From positions 128,001 through 192,000 of the forward strand of contig CAVPJU010000003.1 in assembly GCA_963705505.1 (NCBI GenBank): 64,000 bases of DNA, given 5' to 3'. Shown here one piece after another: positions 60,130 through 64,000 of the stretch. The position numbers and the translations under genes were made by a program. Under the pieces are notes generated by a model. That model was not told the DNA's origin. It worked only from the letters and a program-made list of their open reading frames with translations, and searched no databases. The stretch comes from an uncultured bacterium (GTDB lineage: Bacteria; Desulfobacterota_D; UBA1144; Nemesobacterales; UBA2774). Within the stretch, counting starts at the first letter, position 1. Each line of letters opens with the position of its first letter.

Positions 60130-62286
60130 TCAGTTCTCGTAAAATTTATTTCCGCCGACCGCAACGTTTTTAAGAACCGGAGGAGGCGTATAACGTGTGC
60201 CGTACCTCACGCTCAGGTTATGAAGCTTCTTTAATACTTCACCGGCGCCGATCGAATCCACATACCTGAACGGACCCCCTTTGTGTGTCGGAAAGCCGAG
60301 ACCGAGAAGCGCGCCCACATCCCCTTCCTTCGCGCTCCCTATGACCTCGTCCTGAAGGCAGAGCATCGCTTCATTCACCATCGCGAGTACGAGCCGGTCC
60401 TGAATGTATTCCTGTGAGACGCTTTCAGAATCCTCTTCTTCGAGCGCCAGCAACTTGCCGAGCGACCTGTCCAATCTTTTTTCATCTCTCCCGTATCTGT
60501 AAAACCCCCGGCCGCTCCTCAACCCTGTCCTCCCGTCCTCTATCATACGGTCGAGTATGGAGAGCGGCTTCATCCTCTCCGCCGACTGCTTGTATGTGAC
60601 CTGAGAGCCCTTCTGAACAAGATCAATCCCTATTTCGTCCATCGCGCCGAGCGGCCCTTCGGGGAATCCGAACTGCATCATCGCGTCCTCAATACCCTGA
60701 GCGCCGATCCCCTCGCTCAGAAGATGAAGGGCCTCGTTAAAATAAGCGAGCTGTATGCGGGTCGTATAAAACCCCGCTTTATTTTTGACTACGAGCGGGA
60801 TCTTCCCGATGCTCTTCCCGAACTCGACCACTTCGGCGACCGTTTCCTGAGAGGTGCTCTCGGCGACGGCGATCTCGATGAGCTCAGTCTCGTGAACGGG
60901 ACCGGGGATACGCATCCCCACAACCCTTTCCGGCCGCTTGGAGCCGCCCGCAATGAGCGCAACGGGGAGGGCGAACGAATTTGAGACGTATATGAAATCA
61001 CCCCCCGGAAGCGACTCGACCTCTTTAAGTATCCTGCGCTTGGCGTCGAGGTCCTCCCCGGAGGTCTCTATAATAATTGCCGCCCTTCTGAAGCCTGAAT
61101 AATCGGAGGCGGCGCTAATGAGGTCGAGCTTCTTTTCGGCCCCGAGCTCGTCCGTCTCGCGGCTTCCGAGCTTTTCCATAAAGAAATCAAAACACGCTTT
61201 CAGGTTTTTCGCCGCGCCGTTAACGTCAGTCCCCTTTATCCTCACGCGGATGCCGTTCTCGGCCGCGAGGCACGCGATCCCCGCGCCGTGATCCTCCTCA
61301 CCCACTACGGCTATTTTCTCGGCCTTCTTTCTGCCTTTATGACCCGGCTTCGTATACCTGACGTCGTTCTTCACCTCGTCTATGGCGATGCCCGATCTGA
61401 TTAACTGCCTGGAATATCCCGTCACCGCGAGCTCGCCGAAATAAACCGATTCCACGTGGAGTCCCCTGTTGAAGCTTGCCACACCTATCTCCAGCGCCTC
61501 AATCGCCATTCTCGAAGCCGTAACGTAAAGCTCGCGGCTCTCCCTTATCTCCTTTTTCGCTTTGTCGAAAAACATTTTCCTCGATACGGGATTTTCTTTG
61601 ATTAAGGCATTGGCCATCCCGCCGAAACTAAGACGCCTGCGCTTGAATTCCTTGTTGGATAATTCGAGAGCGCGCTTCTTCGCTATTTCAAGGAGGAACT
61701 CCTCGGGGACGACCTCATCGAGGAGCCCTATTTGCATTGAATAATCGGGGCCGAGCGTTTCGCCCGCGAGTATCATATCCAGGGTCTGTTTCGTGCCTAT
61801 GACCCTCGCAAGCCGGAGCATCCCTCCGGCGCACGGGATGAGGCCGAAATCTATCTGGTTGAGGCCGAGCACAGTATGCCGGCTACTGGAGGCGACCCTG
61901 TACTTGCAGGCAATGGCGAACTCCAGTCCTATTCCGAGGCACGCTCCCCCTACCGCGGCCACAAAAGGCGCCCTCGAATTCTCTATCTTTTCCGATATTT
62001 CCTGCGCCTTGAGGCTATAAGACCTGCCTTCGTCAGCGAGTGTGAAATTAAGGAACTCCCCCGCGTCCGCTCCGCTGATGAAGCTCCCCTCTTTTGCACT
62101 CGCGATGACGACCGCCTTTATCTCGTCACTGCTCTCCAGCATGTCGAGTTCCCTGTCAACCTTGTTGAGAAACTCCTCAAGGGATAAGAAGCTCTCCTGA
62201 GTGAGCCTGTTCTCCGCGCTGCCGGGAGTATTTATACTCAGCACCGCGACGCCCGTGTCATCAATTGTGTATGAAATGCCGCTCAT
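60130..62286 (-). CDS. FadJ-like fatty-acid oxidation alpha subunit with degenerate active sites
   Basis: ECH + HAD architecture (FISGAD, ACLG.GLE, GFP.GP...DEIG.D, GLGFP..KGGPFRY) but canonical catalytic and NAD motifs altered. Confidence 0.85.
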   Translation of the reverse strand: MSGISYTIDDTGVAVLSINTPGSAENRLTQESFLSLEEFLNKVDRELDMLESSDEIKAVVIASAKEGSFISGADAGEFLNFTLADEGRSYSLKAQEISEKIENSRAPFVAAVGGACLGIGLEFAIACKYRVASSSRHTVLGLNQIDFGLIPCAGGMLRLARVIGTKQTLDMILAGETLGPDYSMQIGLLDEVVPEEFLLEIAKKRALELSNKEFKRRRLSFGGMANALIKENPVSRKMFFDKAKKEIRESRELYVTASRMAIEALEIGVASFNRGLHVESVYFGELAVTGYSRQLIRSGIAIDEVKNDVRYTKPGHKGRKKAEKIAVVGEEDHGAGIACLAAENGIRVRIKGTDVNGAAKNLKACFDFFMEKLGSRETDELGAEKKLDLISAASDYSGFRRAAIIIETSGEDLDAKRRILKEVESLPGGDFIYVSNSFALPVALIAGGSKRPERVVGMRIPGPVHETELIEIAVAESTSQETVAEVVEFGKSIGKIPLVVKNKAGFYTTRIQLAYFNEALHLLSEGIGAQGIEDAMMQFGFPEGPLGAMDEIGIDLVQKGSQVTYKQSAERMKPLSILDRMIEDGRTGLRSGRGFYRYGRDEKRLDRSLGKLLALEEEDSESVSQEYIQDRLVLAMVNEAMLCLQDEVIGSAKEGDVGALLGLGFPTHKGGPFRYVDSIGAGEVLKKLHNLSVRYGTRYTPPPVLKNVAVGGNKFYEN

Positions 62287-62307
62287 ATGTTTTTTAAGGT
62301 TCAGATA

Positions 62308-63606
62308 CTATTCCTTCTCGAGTATTATCGAAGCTCCGAGACCCCCCGCGGAAGGAAGGCTCACGAGTCCGAAGTTCCCCCTCCTCTTAGACATCCTGTA
62401 GGCGAGAGTCATAATAATCCTTGCTCCTGTGGCGCCTAACGGATGCCCGATTGCGATCGAGCCCCCGGAGACGTTGAGCTTATCCATGTCTACCTCGCCC
62501 ACCGCCTGGCTCCTGCCGAGCTTCTCCTTGGCAAAGCCCTTGGAACCGAGCGCCCTGACGTTGGATATTACCTGAGAGGAAAAAGCCTCGTGTATCTCTA
62601 TGAGGTCAATTTCGCTCAAGGGTATGCCGGCGCGGTCGAGAACGATCGGCGTCGAATACGCGGGGCCCATCAGAAGCTCCTCCGAAGGGTCTATCGCCGC
62701 ATAGGCGTACGCCCTGACGTATGCGATGGGCTTATAGCCCAGCGCTCTGGCTTTATCTTCGGACATAAGCAGTATTACCGAAGCCCCGTCCGAAAGGGGC
62801 GCCGAGTTCCCCTCCGTCACAGTACCGAACTCCTTGTCGAAAACCGGGGGGAGCTCGGTGAGTGCTTCGATGCTTACGTCATACCTCACGCCGTTATCGC
62901 CGGAAACGATATCGGTAAAATCGGGCGGTACGAAAGTATGAATTATTTCATCCTCGAATATTCCCTCAGCCTGAGCTCTCGAGGCAAGCGTGTGGCTCCT
63001 TAACGCAAAGGAGTCCTGCTCATCCCTGCTGATTTTATTTTTGCGGGCGAGCTTCTCCGCCGACTCGCCCAGTGTACGCCCCGCGGAACGCTCCGGCAGA
63101 TGCGCCAGCGAGAAAGACATTTCGACAGCGCCCATTTTTAAAAGGGGCCTGGCCCTCTCGATTAAATTCATACCCTTCGAGGATTCAAAGAGCTTTGACC
63201 TCCCGCCGCTGCCGAAGAGATAGGACAAATCGTGTATCGATTCTACTCCGCCTGTTAAAACGACGCCGGAATCTCCCGCCAATATGCTGTCTACCGCAGT
63301 CGTGAAAGCCTGGGTCGCGGATGCGCATGCGCTCGTCACGGTGAAAGCCGGCACAGCGGGAGGGACGCCCGAGCCGAGCGCTATTTCCCTTGCCAGGTTC
63401 GGGGTTCTCACGGACGGTGTCACGCTGCCGAAAATCACCCGCTCTATTTCCTTGGGCGCGATCTCGGTCCTGTTGAGCAGCTCGACTGTCGCCATCTTCC
63501 CCAGGTCGAGGGAAGTGAGATTTTTAAAAAGTGTCCCGCATTTTGCAAAAGGGGTCCTGAGACCGTGGACTACCGCGACTCGTCTTCCGTTACTGATTTG
63601 ACTCAC
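62308..63606 (-). CDS. FadI-like thiolase lacking the C-terminal catalytic Cys
   Basis: GLRTPFAK, PNLAREI, ACAS, DGAS, HEAF, GHPLGATG; LPSAGGLG instead of CAAGGLG. Confidence 0.87.
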   Translation of the reverse strand: MSQISNGRRVAVVHGLRTPFAKCGTLFKNLTSLDLGKMATVELLNRTEIAPKEIERVIFGSVTPSVRTPNLAREIALGSGVPPAVPAFTVTSACASATQAFTTAVDSILAGDSGVVLTGGVESIHDLSYLFGSGGRSKLFESSKGMNLIERARPLLKMGAVEMSFSLAHLPERSAGRTLGESAEKLARKNKISRDEQDSFALRSHTLASRAQAEGIFEDEIIHTFVPPDFTDIVSGDNGVRYDVSIEALTELPPVFDKEFGTVTEGNSAPLSDGASVILLMSEDKARALGYKPIAYVRAYAYAAIDPSEELLMGPAYSTPIVLDRAGIPLSEIDLIEIHEAFSSQVISNVRALGSKGFAKEKLGRSQAVGEVDMDKLNVSGGSIAIGHPLGATGARIIMTLAYRMSKRRGNFGLVSLPSAGGLGASIILEKE

Positions 63607-63780
63607 TGCCGGCTCCGAAAGAATAATTCATATCTATTTTATCCGTGACTTCCCGGTTAAGGAAGCAAATTAAGACGTGCGAACCTAAATACGGGGAATC
63701 CGGTATCACCCGGCGACCCCTTTATAAAAAGATCTGAAATCCGCCGGCGGACCGTTAATCAATCTCACCCGTGAATCCGA

Positions 63781-64000
63781 TTATGAACCATGGACTTCAT
63801 TTTTAACCTTCATTTTGAGCTCGATGAATTTTGAATGGTCGATATTGAGCATCCTGTAAAGTTTTTGGGCTACGTAGTTTTCGAATTCACCCAGGGTCCC
63901 GTCCGAGTATATGACCTCCCAGACAGATTCCATTAACTCGTACTTTTCTTCGTTAGACAGGTTTTGATTTATGAGATTAGTAAAATACCACATGTCGGCC
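63781..64000 (-). CDS. TerB family protein (C-terminal part; runs off the right edge)
   Basis: DMWYFT..IN..LS.EEK..LME.VW.VIYSDG.L..FE pattern; frame open to the edge. Confidence 0.75.
   Translation of the reverse strand, partial: ADMWYFTNLINQNLSNEEKYELMESVWEVIYSDGTLGEFENYVAQKLYRMLNIDHSKFIELKMKVKNEVHGS

Overview
Mostly housekeeping chromosome of a bacterium with deltaproteobacterial-type gene order (inferred from serA-hisZ-purA, an atp operon lacking a/c subunits and ffh-rpsP-KH-rimM-trmD-rplS; Desulfobacterota/Dadabacteria-like is only a guess). It also carries gshB, gatCA, rpsB-tsf-pyrH-frr, serS, tatC, purC and htpX. One accessory hotspot (~4.2-12.5 kb) is centred on a minus-strand tRNA-Ser(UGA) at 8142-8227. 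The tRNA 3' half recurs twice downstream, each time fused at the anticodon loop to a homologous ~150-bp arm. This defines two tiny integrase-less cargo units (2205 and 1104 bp). One holds a cupin gene with integron-cassette-like ends and a dense palindrome cluster. An integrase-like stub and an att-like arm lie directly upstream of the tRNA. The second main oddity is an intact fadI-fadJ-like operon (60130-63606) in which several canonical catalytic and NAD-binding residues are replaced, suggesting a pseudo-enzyme pair. Five single-base insertions (rsmI, trmD, three in a phytase-like gene) look like assembly errors. All calls come from motif reading; no searches were run.
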